A stretch of DNA of 35,713 bases, taken from Octopus bimaculoides. Taxonomy: Eukaryota. Each line of letters begins with the position of its first letter. The stretch's first letter is position 1. The notes beneath the pieces are model-generated. The model made no database searches and was not told where the DNA came from. It saw only the letters and a program-made list of their open reading frames with translations. Position numbers and translations under genes: made by a program. The stretch is taken from assembly GCF_001194135.2 (NCBI RefSeq), contig NC_068985.1, positions 30,021,934 to 30,057,646 on the forward strand, given 5' to 3'. Positions 11,421 through 23,255 of this stretch are shown piece after piece.

Positions 11421-11717
11421 TATAATGTTCACTCGCCACTAAAACCAGACATGATATAGTCTGGCGTGATAGAAACTAAGTTATACAATCTAACATCCTT
11501 TCTACTTTCTCCGTCTCTCTTTCTTTCGGTATTCAATTCCCTTGGCCCCACCGTACACTCACTGTCTCCTTCTTCACTACCCTTACTACCACTACAACTC
11601 CCTCACTACCCGCAGTTGTATTTGATCTCAGTAAGTGATGCAGTTCAACTTGGCTAGTCAAAGGCAGCGTCTACTTTTATACATGCCAACTACTGTACAT
11701 TATAAGTATTATGTAGG

Positions 11718-11754
<37 letters not shown>

Positions 11755-11756
<2 letters not shown>

Positions 11757-11960
11757 TGGGGGACAAACACAGACACAAAGACACACCCATACATACCTAC
11801 ATACATACATACATACATACACAACGGGCTTTCTGCTTCCGTCAAACAAATCCATTCACAAGGCTTTGGTCGGCCCGAAGCTATAGTAGAATAGAAGACA
11901 TTTGCCCAAGTGGGTCTGAATCCAGAGTGGGACTGAATCCAGAACCATGTACTTGGGAAG
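11755..11960 (-). mobile_element. tRNA-derived SINE with internal microsatellite (family also at 31130-31240 and 32205-32490)
   Basis: cacaaggctttggtcggccc..gctatagtagaa..ttgcccaag..agtgggactgaa.cc.gaaccatgt shares blocks with the reverse complement of the 32205-32350 copy. Confidence 0.85.
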
Positions 11961-12120
11961 TGTGTGTGTATGTGTATCTAAAACTCTTTTTTTCCCTTTT
12001 TATATATATATGTATATGTGTATGAACATGTGTATGTATATATACATACATAGATGTATGTATCTATGTATGTATGGATGGATGGATGGATGGATGGATG
12101 GATGGATGGATGGATGGATG

Positions 12121-13342
12121 TTCTTTTATTCTTTCATGCGTTTCGGCACAAAGGCTGTGGCCATGCTGTGACATCGCCAGTGTTAATACCTTTTCAGAAG
12201 CCATTCTTATGTGAATTACTTTTTGTGAAGGTATGAGTTCGATTTTACTGCCTTCTCGCCGTGATATAGGCTCATCTGGGACCTTGGACGGCGGGAGGTC
12301 GCGTCGTTTCTTGAAAACATTTATCACTATTTCATGTAGAACCCAGATGGTATTGAATAGTCGTGGGCCCTTGATTACCAAACTATTGCAATACATAGTT
12401 CTCACTCTAGACGGGACAGCTGGGATCTTGAGGACAGTGCAGTGTCGTCTAGTTCGGGGGCTGGTAAAGCTCTCGGTGCCAAAGTTTGGTGCCAACTCCT
12501 TCAGGATTTTCCATATGTATATCACTGCATATCTCTCCTGTCTACTCCAGGGAGTAGAGTCGTAGCTCTTTGAGTCTCTCCCTGTAGCTCAGCTGTTCCA
12601 TTGATGCAAGCTTCCTTGTGTGGCACAGCTGAACTGCCTCAAGTTCCGCCATTAATCTGACACTGTGGGGTGACCACAGTTGAGAGAAGTAGTCTAGACG
12701 GTTAAGGACAAATATCCTTCATAGAACCAGCAGAGTTACCTAGTCCCTTGTTCTGAAAGTTCTCAGAATCCATCTAGCTTTTGCTTGCACATTTGCTTAC
12801 ACATTGTCAACATCTTGGTGATGTGCACGTGAAACGAGACGTTGTTGTTCATATCAATCCCCAGATCACGCATTGTACTTGACTCCGATAATGGCGCTCC
12901 TTTTAGTTCAAAATATCGTTATTGTGGCATGTTAGCACAAGCTGGCTGATAGTAGAGGGCTTGGAATTTCCCTGCGTTAAATTGTATGTTGTTATCTTCA
13001 GAACATATTTATGTGCTGTCTTGCTCTTTCTGTAGAAGATTAGCATCGGAAGGTTCCTTGACTGCTTGTGCTACTTTTGCGTCGTCGGCATAACTAGCAA
13101 GTGTGGCTGTCTGGGTAACTGATGGTATGTCCGAAAGAGCCACTACAAATAGCAGCGGGCCCAAGACAATTCCCTTAGGCACTCCACTCCCTCTTAGTAT
13201 CTCCTCGGAGAGGGCCCAATTGACTTTCACATCCTGGGTTCTGTCTTTCAAGAAGTCATGTAACCATTCTTCCAGTTTCCCGACTATGTCGAGTCTCTGT
13301 AAGCTTCTGCCATATCATCCCATGATCAACCTTATCAGCCTG
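12121..13342 (-). mobile_element. 5'-truncated CR1-group LINE (RT second half plus 3' tail)
   Basis: ORF fragments DKVDHG, SGVPKGIVLGPLLF..YADD, GPRLFN..FKKRRD..KVPDEP; tail cagcatggccacagc..gaaacgcatgaaagaataaaagaa; 5' end abuts (TA)n. Confidence 0.9.
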
Positions 13343-13412
13343 TATATATATATATATATATATATAAGGGATATTTTCTGTTATAAAAATACTCTCTCTC
13401 TCTCTCTCCCAC

Positions 13413-13459
<47 letters not shown>

Positions 13460-13974
13460 GACGATCGGTGAATGTTTTTGATGAAAAAATAGGAGTGAAA
13501 ATATGACGCTTCGAGCATGGATCTTCATCGGATAAAGGAAGAAAGTCCAGAGAAGAGGAAAAGGAGGAAGGAGCGATTAGTCTGGAGAAAGGCACATAGA
13601 CCAAAAATAAGGGACTGAAAGTTGAACACACACACACATACACACACACACACGCGCGCGCGCACGCACGCACATACACACACACACATAAGCCTGTTGA
13701 CAAATGGCGTAGCATCTTGCCAGCATCCTCGAAATAAAATGTAATAGAAAAAATAGCTGGCGTCGCTTAAATAGCATTAATACTAGGTAACCTGAGCTGA
13801 CCACATAGAACCTATATTGAATTTCTCACAAATCTACTCTGCTCCTAGCGCCTCATGAGATGAACCTATCCTATGAACCCGCAAGACCTTTAGTTACGTG
13901 GAGCTTAGTCAGACTGATATACGTGTGCGTGTGTGTGCGTGTGGGTACGTGTATGTATGTATGTATGTATGTAT

Positions 13975-14235
13975 GCAGCGCATTGTGTCCTCGAGCAAAA
14001 CACTTTTTTCTCGTTACTCAACTCCACTCAGCTAGCAAAAATGAGTAGTATTGTAATGCATTTCAACAGGCCAGCCTTGTCACATTCCATGTCACTTTGA
14101 TTCTCCTTGAGAACTACGTTAAACGCACGCGTGTCTGTGGAGTGCTCAGCCACTTACACGTTAATTTCACGAGCAGGCTCTTTATTTGGTCAGATCAACT
14201 GGAACACTCGTTGTCGTAACCGATGGAGTGCCAGG
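13975..14235 (+). mobile_element. SINE body (second family)
   Basis: tgtgtcctcgagcaaaacacttt..ctccactcagctagcaaaaatgag resembles central SINE domains; recognised as a recurring octopus-type repeat from memory only. Confidence 0.55.
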
Positions 14236-14512
14236 TGTGTGTGTACGTGTACACTTTAAAATATAATACGTATAATTCCTTTGCATCATATTTTATCATT
14301 CTTCGTTTCTTCTAAATTCATACAAATTTAGTTTACTTTTCTATGTTTTAAGTACTACAATCTGCTTATAAGTATCAACTTTTAATGTGAACTCATGTGT
14401 TGAAACAGATTCTGTTGTATCTCGGGAGGGTCATTATGTCAATAAGACACACACACACACACAAACACACACTGGTTCCATTTCACTTCTTTCATTATCG
14501 TTAGTCAATGAC

Positions 14513-14730
14513 AAAGCACCGAGCTGGCCGAATGGTTAGCACGCTGGGCAAAATACTTAGCGGTATTTCGTCCGGCCTTATGTTCCGAGTTCAAATTTCA
14601 TCAAGGTCAACTTTGTCTTTGATCCTTTCGGGGTCGATGAAATAAGTACCACTTGAACACTGCGGTCAATGTCATCGACATTACTCGTACCCCAAAATTG
14701 CTGGCCTTGTGCCAAAATCTAAATCCATTA
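14513..14730 (+). mobile_element. tRNA-derived SINE with 12-bp target-site duplication
   Basis: A-box-like gagctggccgaatgg, B-box gagttcaaat, TSD ttagtcaatgac at 14501-14512 and 14731-14742; clearly related to 33153-33384. Confidence 0.9.
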
Positions 14731-15431
14731 TTAGTCAATGACTGAACAATTAATCAAACAATCGACTAGATAATTGGTTCAAATGGTTAATTTGTTGATT
14801 GATTATAATAAAACAAGTGAAACAGAACCAGTGCGTATGTTTTTTGTTGACATAATGACCCTCTCTAAATGCAACAAAAATTTCAATTATGTTCTATATG
14901 GATATTATTATAAATACTTTAATTTCTAAGGTGAGTAACCTATCTCTTTTGATATTTCACTTGCATTATACCTCGTAATAATTATTATAAATTCATAGAG
15001 TTCCTGAACATTAAAAAAAATTCTTCATGTTTCAACTCTGCTATTTGTCTTCGAGATTTTATTTGGCTATATAGTTTATACATATATAATTACATGCGTT
15101 CACGCATACATAGATGCACACATACACCCGCATACACACACACGCACGCACACACACACACATACACACTCACACACACACGTACAGACACATAGACATG
15201 TATATGCACATACTAATACGTTTGCGCGTATGCATATTTGTGTGTGAATACACATATGCACATATATACTCATATGCATATATTTATATACATAGTACAT
15301 ATAAATACACATATATGCAATTTTACTTATACACACATACATACAACTATATGTCTTATATACCCACATTCTTCGAAATACAATTATATATCCATGTACA
15401 TATATACACCCCTATATACATCGATATGTCC

Positions 15432-15497
<66 letters not shown>

Positions 15498-16914
15498 NNN
15501 NNNNNNNNNNNNNNNNNNNNNNNNNNNNNNNNNNNNNNNNNNNNNNNNNNNNNNNNNNNNNNNNNNNNNNNNNNNNNNNNNNNNNNNNNNNNNNNNNNNN
15601 NNNNNNNNNNNNNNNNNNNNNNNNNNNNNNNNNNNNNNNNNNNNNNNNNNNNNNNNNNNNNNNNNNNNNNNNNNNNNNNNNNNNNNNNNNNNNNNNNNNN
15701 NNNNNNNNNNNNNNNNNNNNNNNNNNNNNNNNNNNNNNNNNNNNNNNNNNNNNNNNNNNNNNNNNNNNNNNNNNNNNNNNNNNNNNNNNNNNNNNNNNNN
15801 NNNNNNNNNNNNNNNNNNNNNNNNNNNNNNNNNNNNNNNNNNNNNNNNNNNNNNNNNNNNNNNNNNNNNNNNNNNNNNNNNNNNNNNNNNNNNNNNNNNN
15901 NNNNNNNNNNNNNNNNNNNNNNNNNNNNNNNNNNNNNNNNNNNNNNNNNNNNNNNNNNNNNNNNNNNNNNNNNNNNNNNNNNNNNNNNNNNNNNNNNNNN
16001 NNNNNNNNNNNNNNNNNNNNNNNNNNNNNNNNNNNNNNNNNNNNNNNNNNNNNNNNNNNNNNNNNNNNNNNNNNNNNNNNNNNNNNNNNNNNNNNNNNNN
16101 NNNNNNNGGTATCGTGGTGACGGAGACGATGGTGTGTTTTGACCCAGATCAGCTCTCATCGAGCGGAACTATGATCAAAGGCTTTCCAGCTGTGACAATC
16201 CAGTCTTTTTTTTTTAGGGTGTGCGTAGGAATACGCTACCTAATACTTCCTGGCCTCATTTAAGTTGCTTCGAGAAGATTTAGCTGTTGTTTCTGCAGTT
16301 CGTGTGACCACTTTGAATGTTGTTGGTCCGTTGTGCAGTGCTGATGAATGGTGATTTATTGGTCCTGTAATCGTAGTTCAGTGTTATATAATGGTATTGG
16401 CCAGGTTTGTCTTAAGGCACTGGCACATTTGACATTTTGTTCAGGGGCTCCACAGTTTTAAGGTCTGAATACTAATCTTTGTAGGTATGGTGTGTTTGTG
16501 TATGAAAGAAACTCAATGTACTGCCTTGTCTGGTGGTGATAGTGGTGGTGCGACACTTGCTGTTCGTCTATCGGAGCGACGAGGGCTATCTAGTCATCCT
16601 TACATCTTTAAGAATGACTGATGACATGTACAATGACTTTGTTTAAAGTGAAGAAAAGTTGAGCACTGTGAACCTCACTCTCTCGTCTGTAACCATCTTC
16701 AGTCCAGTGACAAGATCAAGTCAAGACAACTGGGGATGGAAACAGATGCAGTGGATGACCAACATGTCTTATTTGCCTCGTCTTGCTCTCTGCGCTTTAC
16801 AATGCATTGCTGTCGCTGCCTCTCCTCCATTAAACCATGAAATGTTCTTCCGCAGGGTCCACCGGATCCAGTCTTCACTTGCATATGCAGGCAAGCCCTA
16901 ATATGCTAATTAAC

Positions 16915-17070
16915 CCATTGTTGTGACTCTGACAGATGTTACCACTCCGGGTCAGAGTAGACCCAGAACAACAGAGTTTCAGAAGTGACTCCACATTCCT
17001 TAAAACTCTGGGACCCCGGAACAGGGCCTCAACACCGGATGCAGTTTAGAGTCATACCCAGGACATGAAG
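16915..17070 (+). mobile_element. Cephalopod-type interspersed repeat fragment (ccactccgggtcagagt.gacc..ctccacattcc..gatgcagtttagagtcatacccaggaca)
   Basis: Recognised from memory as a common cephalopod repeat; no second copy in this window. Confidence 0.45.
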
Positions 17071-17169
17071 ACCCATAATACAGTCAAGACAGTCTTGATG
17101 GTGAATGGTGAATGTTAATATATAATAATGAAACATGAGCTTTTAACGACTGTTCTCCTCTGTTCTCGA

Positions 17170-17340
17170 TTCTGGGCTATCGTCGAGGGAAGGCCTTTCT
17201 CTCCCAGATTTTGAATTGTCTTCGATACCTCTGTAACTTTGCTTTTTTCTAGGCGGGGATGTTGGCTCTAGGCAAACCTATTGCTTTACCTCTACGAATA
17301 GGTGGTCCATATTAGTTTGACCTGTCCAGCATGAGTGGCA
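17170..17340 (-). mobile_element. Possible RTE-like 5'UTR fragment
   Basis: Minus strand catgctggacaggtc..ggtttgcctagagccaacatccccgcctagaaaaaa resembles the ggttgggc..gggctaacaaccc..gtaaaaa motif of RTE 5' regions. Confidence 0.3.
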
Positions 17341-17387
17341 ACATTTTCAGTCTCATTAAAGCACAATGGTGTTCTAGTCGTTGCTTA

Positions 17388-17390
<3 letters not shown>

Positions 17391-17443
<53 letters not shown>

Positions 17444-17485
17444 CAGCAGCAGCAGCAGCAGCAGTAGCAGCAGCAGTAGTAGTAA

Positions 17486-17540
<55 letters not shown>
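17391..17540. repeat. (TAG)n-(CAG)n-(TAG)n trinucleotide tract
   Basis: Directly visible. Confidence 0.98.
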
Positions 17541-18326
17541 TATTGCTTAGCCCTATTTCAGCCTTGTTCAAGCAAGAAAAATTATCCAAACGTTGAGCAT
17601 TCCACCTACATTAAATGTGTATGTGTGCGCGCACGTGTGCGTGCGTGCATGCGTGTGCATAATGTAAAAGAATTGGAATTTTGAATCCGAGCAGGTACCT
17701 TACAAGTACTCCGACATAATCCAGGTTCTAGCAAACCGCATCGAATGATATGGGACACATGAAATTGTTTAAGGTAAACATTTACACAGTATTTCACTCG
17801 ATAGGTAAATCCTGAGTTCGCTTCCTTGGATTTTATACGTTACACAAAATACATATTCAAGACATTATAAAAAAAAATGGAAAAATTATACATCCTCAAA
17901 AAATACTGTTTATTACAGTATTATACATAATACATTCACGTTAAAATTAACGTGGATTCTATTCGTTTTTGTCTTGTATATATATATATATATATATATA
18001 ATACCCTGACTGTGTGTGTCATCAATGAACGCTCAAACCTCTGTATCAATCTGTACCATATTTGCGGTACATGAGTAATTTGACCTTGGAAAGAATAATA
18101 CGGTCTTGGTTTTTTTTTAAAATTAAAAATAAATAATAATACTCTATATATAAAGATTCACTTCTTCAAATCTTTTTCTCAACTTCCTGTGTTTGAACTT
18201 CCTGTCTTTGGCGTCCTAACCAGCTATTTACACACACACACGTATGTATACATCATTACAGTTGTGACGATTTCTGATAGAAAAGAAATTTCGAACCTGT
18301 GTTCTCATTCCTAAGGTATATTTCGA

Positions 18327-18334
18327 TGTTGTTG

Positions 18335-18387
<53 letters not shown>

Positions 18388-18405
18388 GTTGTTGTTGTTG
18401 TTGTT
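18327..18405. repeat. (GTT)n-(ATT)n-(GTT)n tract
   Basis: Directly visible. Confidence 0.98.
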
Positions 18406-19009
18406 CAGGTCACTGGTTGGGATTCGAACTCGGTGTCTTGGAGTTAGTATATATATANNNNNNNNNNNNNNNNNNNNNNNNNNNNNNNNNNNNNNNNNNN
18501 NNNNNNNNNNNNNNNNNNNNNNNNNNNNNNNNNNNNNNNNNNNNNNNNNNNNNNNNNNNNNNNNNNNNNNNNNNNNNNNNNACACACACACACACAAACA
18601 AGATGAGGACAAATATCCGTCGAATGTAAATAATGTAAATAACAGCTAAATGTCTGGTACACAAATATATGTTATTAAGATGATTTATCTGTTGCATACG
18701 GTTTTTCACTTTAAGTAAATTCACAGATAAACGGTTCTAATAGAAAGGCAGAAGACACGAGAAGTAAAAATAAGGAATATACACGCACAATAAAATATAG
18801 AAGTGTAAAGTATAATTTGTTTCATAATCTCTAATAAACATGATAATGAATGGAATAATTCCCCGTTTGAACTTTCTTCTATATATATGTGTGTGTGTGT
18901 GAAGACACTCAGAATATGAGATGGCGTACAAAAGTATCAAATCACCTAAAAAAACAAATTGAAAGCAGCGAAAAATCTCACCTGAAAATACAACTGTTGG
19001 AGATTGAAA

Positions 19010-20125
19010 AAAAGATAGATATCAAGCAGTAGTAGCCAATGGAGCCACCTCCAATGACACGCAAATAGTGAGCGGTGTTCCGCAAGACACTGTTTTGGGA
19101 CTACTACTGTTCATAATGCCCCTTTCAGATATGCCCTCAGCCACACAGAGAGCCACAATCACAAGTTATGCAGATGATACAAAAGTCTCACAAGTGACAT
19201 AGAGCCCTAAAGACACTATGCATCTGCAACGTGAGTTAGATAAAATATAGAAGTGGACTAAGAAGAATAACACGCAGTTTAATGCTGAAAAGTTTCAAGC
19301 CTTATACTATGAGCATGCAAGCTAAATTCAATACCAGTTAAATACACTGGACCTGCAATCCCAGAGACACGGTCAGTGCGAGACCTGGGTATTTACATGA
19401 GTAATGATGCATCCTCCATGTGCATGTTGCTAAGTTGGCAATGAAATGCAGGCGGCTGACAGGATGGATTCTTAGAATTTTTAAAACGAGAGATCAGGAA
19501 TCCCTGGTGGTCCTCTGAAGGACATTTGTCCTAAGTCGCATTGACTATTGCTCCCAGCTATGGTCACCAATCAGTGTAAAATTAATTGCCGAACTTGAGG
19601 CAATCCAACGAAGTTACACGAAGATAGCTTCTATGTAGCATATAAGCTACTGGGAAAGACTGAAGAGATTGAGACTCAATTCCATAGAGCGTAGGCGGGA
19701 AATAAATGCCATAATATACATCTGAAAGATCCTAGAGGGACTCGTCCCAAACTTTGGCATTGAGAATTACACTAACACTAGAACGGGGCGTCACTGTATA
19801 GTGCCAAAGACTCTCACTTTGCCATCAAAATATAGTACAAGATATTGCAACAACCTGGGCTTCAGAGGACCACAGCTCTTCAATATCCTCCCGAAGGACC
19901 TGAGAGACCTGCATGGGGTGGATGTAGGTGTCTTCAAAATAAAAACTGGACCTCTTACTGTCAAGTGTCCCAGATGAGCCAACTTCACAGCAGGAAGTGT
20001 AAATGAGGGCAGTGGCGTCAAACTCCCTCATGCACCGAATGCTAAGTTCTAAAAAGAATTAGTGAAGTAAAAATTATGTAGCAACACCAAATGGTGGTGC
20101 CCCAGCATGGCCATAGCTCGTGAAC
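19010..20125 (+). mobile_element. 5'-truncated CR1-group LINE, same family as 12121-13342
   Basis: KDRYQAVVANG..SGVPQDTVLGLLLFIM..SYADDTKV..LQRELDKI..FNAEKFQ, later gtcccaaactttggc and aagtgtcccagatgagcc shared with the other copy; tail ggtgccccagcatggccatagc. Confidence 0.9.
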
Positions 20126-20149
20126 TAAAACTAGTTCAATTCAACTCTA

Positions 20150-21386
20150 TTCAATGTAAAAACAAAAGACGTAAAAATTTCAATTTAAGACTTAATTGTG
20201 TTCTTGTCTATGATGCTCAATTCTTCTTTGTAGGTGTCATAAATTCAAAAATGTATTTTTGTCTTTTTCTACTGTTAAGTAGGTTGTTAATATCTTTTTC
20301 TGATGAAAATGTGTGCTTTAAACTCGTAGGGCAAACCTTTGAACTGAGAATTTTAAGTTCATTGATTAATTCAAAGTACTTTTTAAAATCAGCTTTATTA
20401 ACTTGTTCTTCTTCCATATCATTATTTAGAAATTTGGAATTTATCATTTGACTTGTAAAATTTTTGGTTTCATCTGGATTATTGCAACATTCTGTTTCTC
20501 TAGTTTCATAATTTTGTAGTTCAGTAAAAGTAACAGTATCATATTTTAATTCCTTGAGTTCCTTAAGTGAGCATTGCAGCTCGTATTCCCCATTTTCTAA
20601 AGTCAATCCAACTGATGTTTTTTCAAGCAAATCTTCACTCACTGAATTCTGTATTAGGAGACCTGAATTTTTCCAGCAATTTACATTTGTCTCTTTTACA
20701 ACCGAATCCCATGCCTGGACTGACTAAAAAAATACCATCCAATAATGATGTTCTTCTTGAATTGATCCTTTCACATCTTTCTTTATTAACCAAATTTTTA
20801 ATAAAAATCGTATTGTAGTTGCACTTGAATGACCAAATTATCCCTTGGTCTAAAGGTTGTAAATTTGCAGTTGTGTTTCCGGGGTAGAAGAAAAAGTTCT
20901 ATATTTCAAAGCTTTGTGTTTGTGGCGTGCTGCATTATCACGGAGCAATAATATTTTTCTCGGTTGTTTAAAAAATTCGTAATTGATTTCTTTTAGGTAA
21001 AAAGAAAATCTGTTTTCCGTCACCCATGCTGTATTGTTCGTTTTTATAATAAAATTCCTGTTCCGAAATGTCAATATTCTTGAAACAACGAGGTTTAAGA
21101 CTTTTTCCAATAGAAAGGTGTTTAAACTTCTCATCAGTTGCACTACAAGTCAATAATATTGTAATTCTCTCTTTTGATTCCTTTAATTTTGTATTATCAT
21201 CATTAGGAAAAACATAACCTTTGTCGGGAATTTTTTGTAGAACAATGCAGTCTCATCTGTGTTAAAGATATTTTCTGCATTATATTCAAGAAGTTTGTCT
21301 TTAAATTTATCAAGAAATTTATCTATTTCATTTTCAGACACGTCAACTTTAGTACCCGTTTGAATTTTAAATTTAACATTATTTCT

Positions 21387-21419
<33 letters not shown>

Positions 21420-22057
21420 AATTTAACCACCCATTACTGGCCTTAAACTCATTTTCATCGTTCTCTTTCGCAATTTCCAGAGCATTTTGTTTGATGATAT
21501 GTCCATTTATTAGGATTTTTAGCGATCTAATATTTTGAAGTTCTTCAATAAGTGATTCATCTACCTTGGACTCAATTGGCTGTAGTATTTTCGTGTTTAA
21601 ATTCTTTCTTGATTGATGGAAGCCTCAACAATGCAGATGGGTAAATCTCCAAGTAACAAAATATAGTGGTATTGAGAGAGAGATATATATAAGAAGAAGC
21701 GTAGAAACGTAGAAAGTGACGTAGAAGGCGTAAAAGAACGCAGAAAAAGCGTAAAATCTCGTCTCACTTCTCTCGGATCGATTATTAATCAAAAGTGCTT
21801 CCTTGATCCTTAAAGTCTATTAGTGTTAGTGATTTCTTTGTAGACGACCAAAAAATAACAAAAACCAAAATTATATTTATTTAATGAAAATCTGCCAAAG
21901 GCGAACTTTTCTTTGGAATTCGTTATACAGAGAGAAAATTCGTTATTGACAGAGTTCGTTATTGACAGAGTTCGTTATTGACAGAGTTCGTTATTGACAG
22001 AGTTCGTTATTGACAGAGTTCGTTATTGACAGAGTTCGTTATTCACAGGTTAGACTG
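20150..22057 (-). mobile_element. pogo/Tigger-like DNA transposon, frameshifted; only one TIR visible
   Basis: FKASNGWL (CENP-B-type HTH), IFNTDETALFYK, IGKSLKPRCFKN, AWVT..RKILLLRDNA, LQPLDQGII, C-terminal RKRQKYIFEF. Minus strand begins TA|CAGTCTAACCTGTGAATAACGAA at 22059-22035. Confidence 0.9.
21939..22034. repeat. Six perfect 16-bp units (ttcgttattgacagag) abutting the pogo TIR
   Basis: Units start at 21939, 21955, 21971, 21987, 22003, 22019; a variant seventh is the TIR itself, and another ttcgttat is at 21919. Confidence 0.97.
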
Positions 22058-22324
22058 TATTATACAATGTCTGACGATATTAAAGCTATATGCTGTGAGT
22101 GAAGCGTCGGTATTCATTAATTTTAGTGCAATAATTTTGAGATGATTTAAACAGATGCTTACTGCCGTTACAATGTGAGAAATATTGGCATTCGTGTTTA
22201 TATGGTCGTGTTTTGTTGTTGTTTAACCCAGAGTCAACCTGATTGAGCAGATTTAAGATCCAAGTTGTCTTAGTCGGGTCCAACTTGTTTTTCTTTTAAA
22301 CAACATAATCCAACATCTGGTCAA

Positions 22325-22640
22325 CAGACGTGCTGTCTCTTCTTCTACAATTTTTACCACTGGTACTGTGGCTTCTGCACTTCGGACCCAGTTAATCTCG
22401 TACCACCTTCATTTAGGTACCACTTCCAATTTACCTTTCTTTCTCTCATCATCCATATTGTACCCATTTTACCGTCCCAAACTCCTACATAACCCACTGC
22501 GCCTAGTTTTATCCACCTCAACCGCGTGCATAGGCCCTAGAGAATTACTTCGCCTTCCACAAGCACATGTTTTTCTTACAGTCGTTGACTTGAAACTGTT
22601 TAAGAGGAACTTGAACGCCAACGACCTCACAGGCTTTCGA
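22325..22640 (+). mobile_element. 3' end of a Jockey/CR1-Zenon-like LINE
   Basis: CLFFYNFYHWYCGFCTSDPVNLVPP (cf. SLFYRYY.G.CS.EL..IVP) and LPQAHVFLTVVDLKLFKRNLNANDL (cf. LP..VFP..DL..FKR.IN). Confidence 0.7.
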
Positions 22641-23255
22641 GGGCATGCGAAGAGCATGGGTACACCCTCTTACGCCAGACCAAAGAAACAAATAAAACGA
22701 ACGCAGGGCTATATTATCCAATGTGTCCTTCGTTTTCCCAGAAGGCAAGATGTAATCTTAGAGAAGATATTTTTATTGCTGCTATTTTTAGTAGATAACG
22801 CGACTGCAAAGAGGTCTACGCATTGCATTGTGTGTGTCGCAACAGCAATCGCGGCACAAGGCGTCGTGCATGTTTACCTTTTGTGGCTAAACTAATTCCA
22901 GGTGATAAAGTGTATTTCATATGAATGTATCGAATAACAATCATTAATACATTAAATGTGTGTGTGTGCGCGCGCATGCATGCTCGTGCATGAGCGTATG
23001 TTAATACATCAGTATAAACAATATAAATGCTTCTATCATGTATGCACGATAGCATTTATGTTTGCATGCATGTTTGTTTACATATATTTATTTACAAACG
23101 TAGTATGTACAACCAACTGGTTTTTATTCTTATGAATATGTGTGCGTTTATGCATATTTGGAATATGTACACACGCATACATATACACTCGTACATATAT
23201 GAATACATCCACATGCATCCACATACATTCGCTCATATATACATACCTACATACA

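Noticed and set aside
14513-14600. tRNA gene (also 18405-18450, 32205-32280, 33153-33245)
   Set aside because: A/B-box-like motifs are present, but I could not fold a cloverleaf; where sequence is available they continue into SINE bodies, two with TSDs.
17331-17684. Poly-Ser / poly-Tyr ORFs
   Set aside because: Explained by the (TAG)n/(CAG)n tract; no coding context or splice support.
13340-19010. Both CR1 copies truncated at a similar RT position as a programmed breakpoint
   Set aside because: The ends differ by roughly 100 nt and ~1.1-1.2 kb 5' truncation is ordinary for LINEs; two copies are no evidence.
21939-22034. 16-bp array as a CRISPR or iteron array
   Set aside because: The units are contiguous with no spacers, derive from the pogo TIR motif, and the context is eukaryotic.
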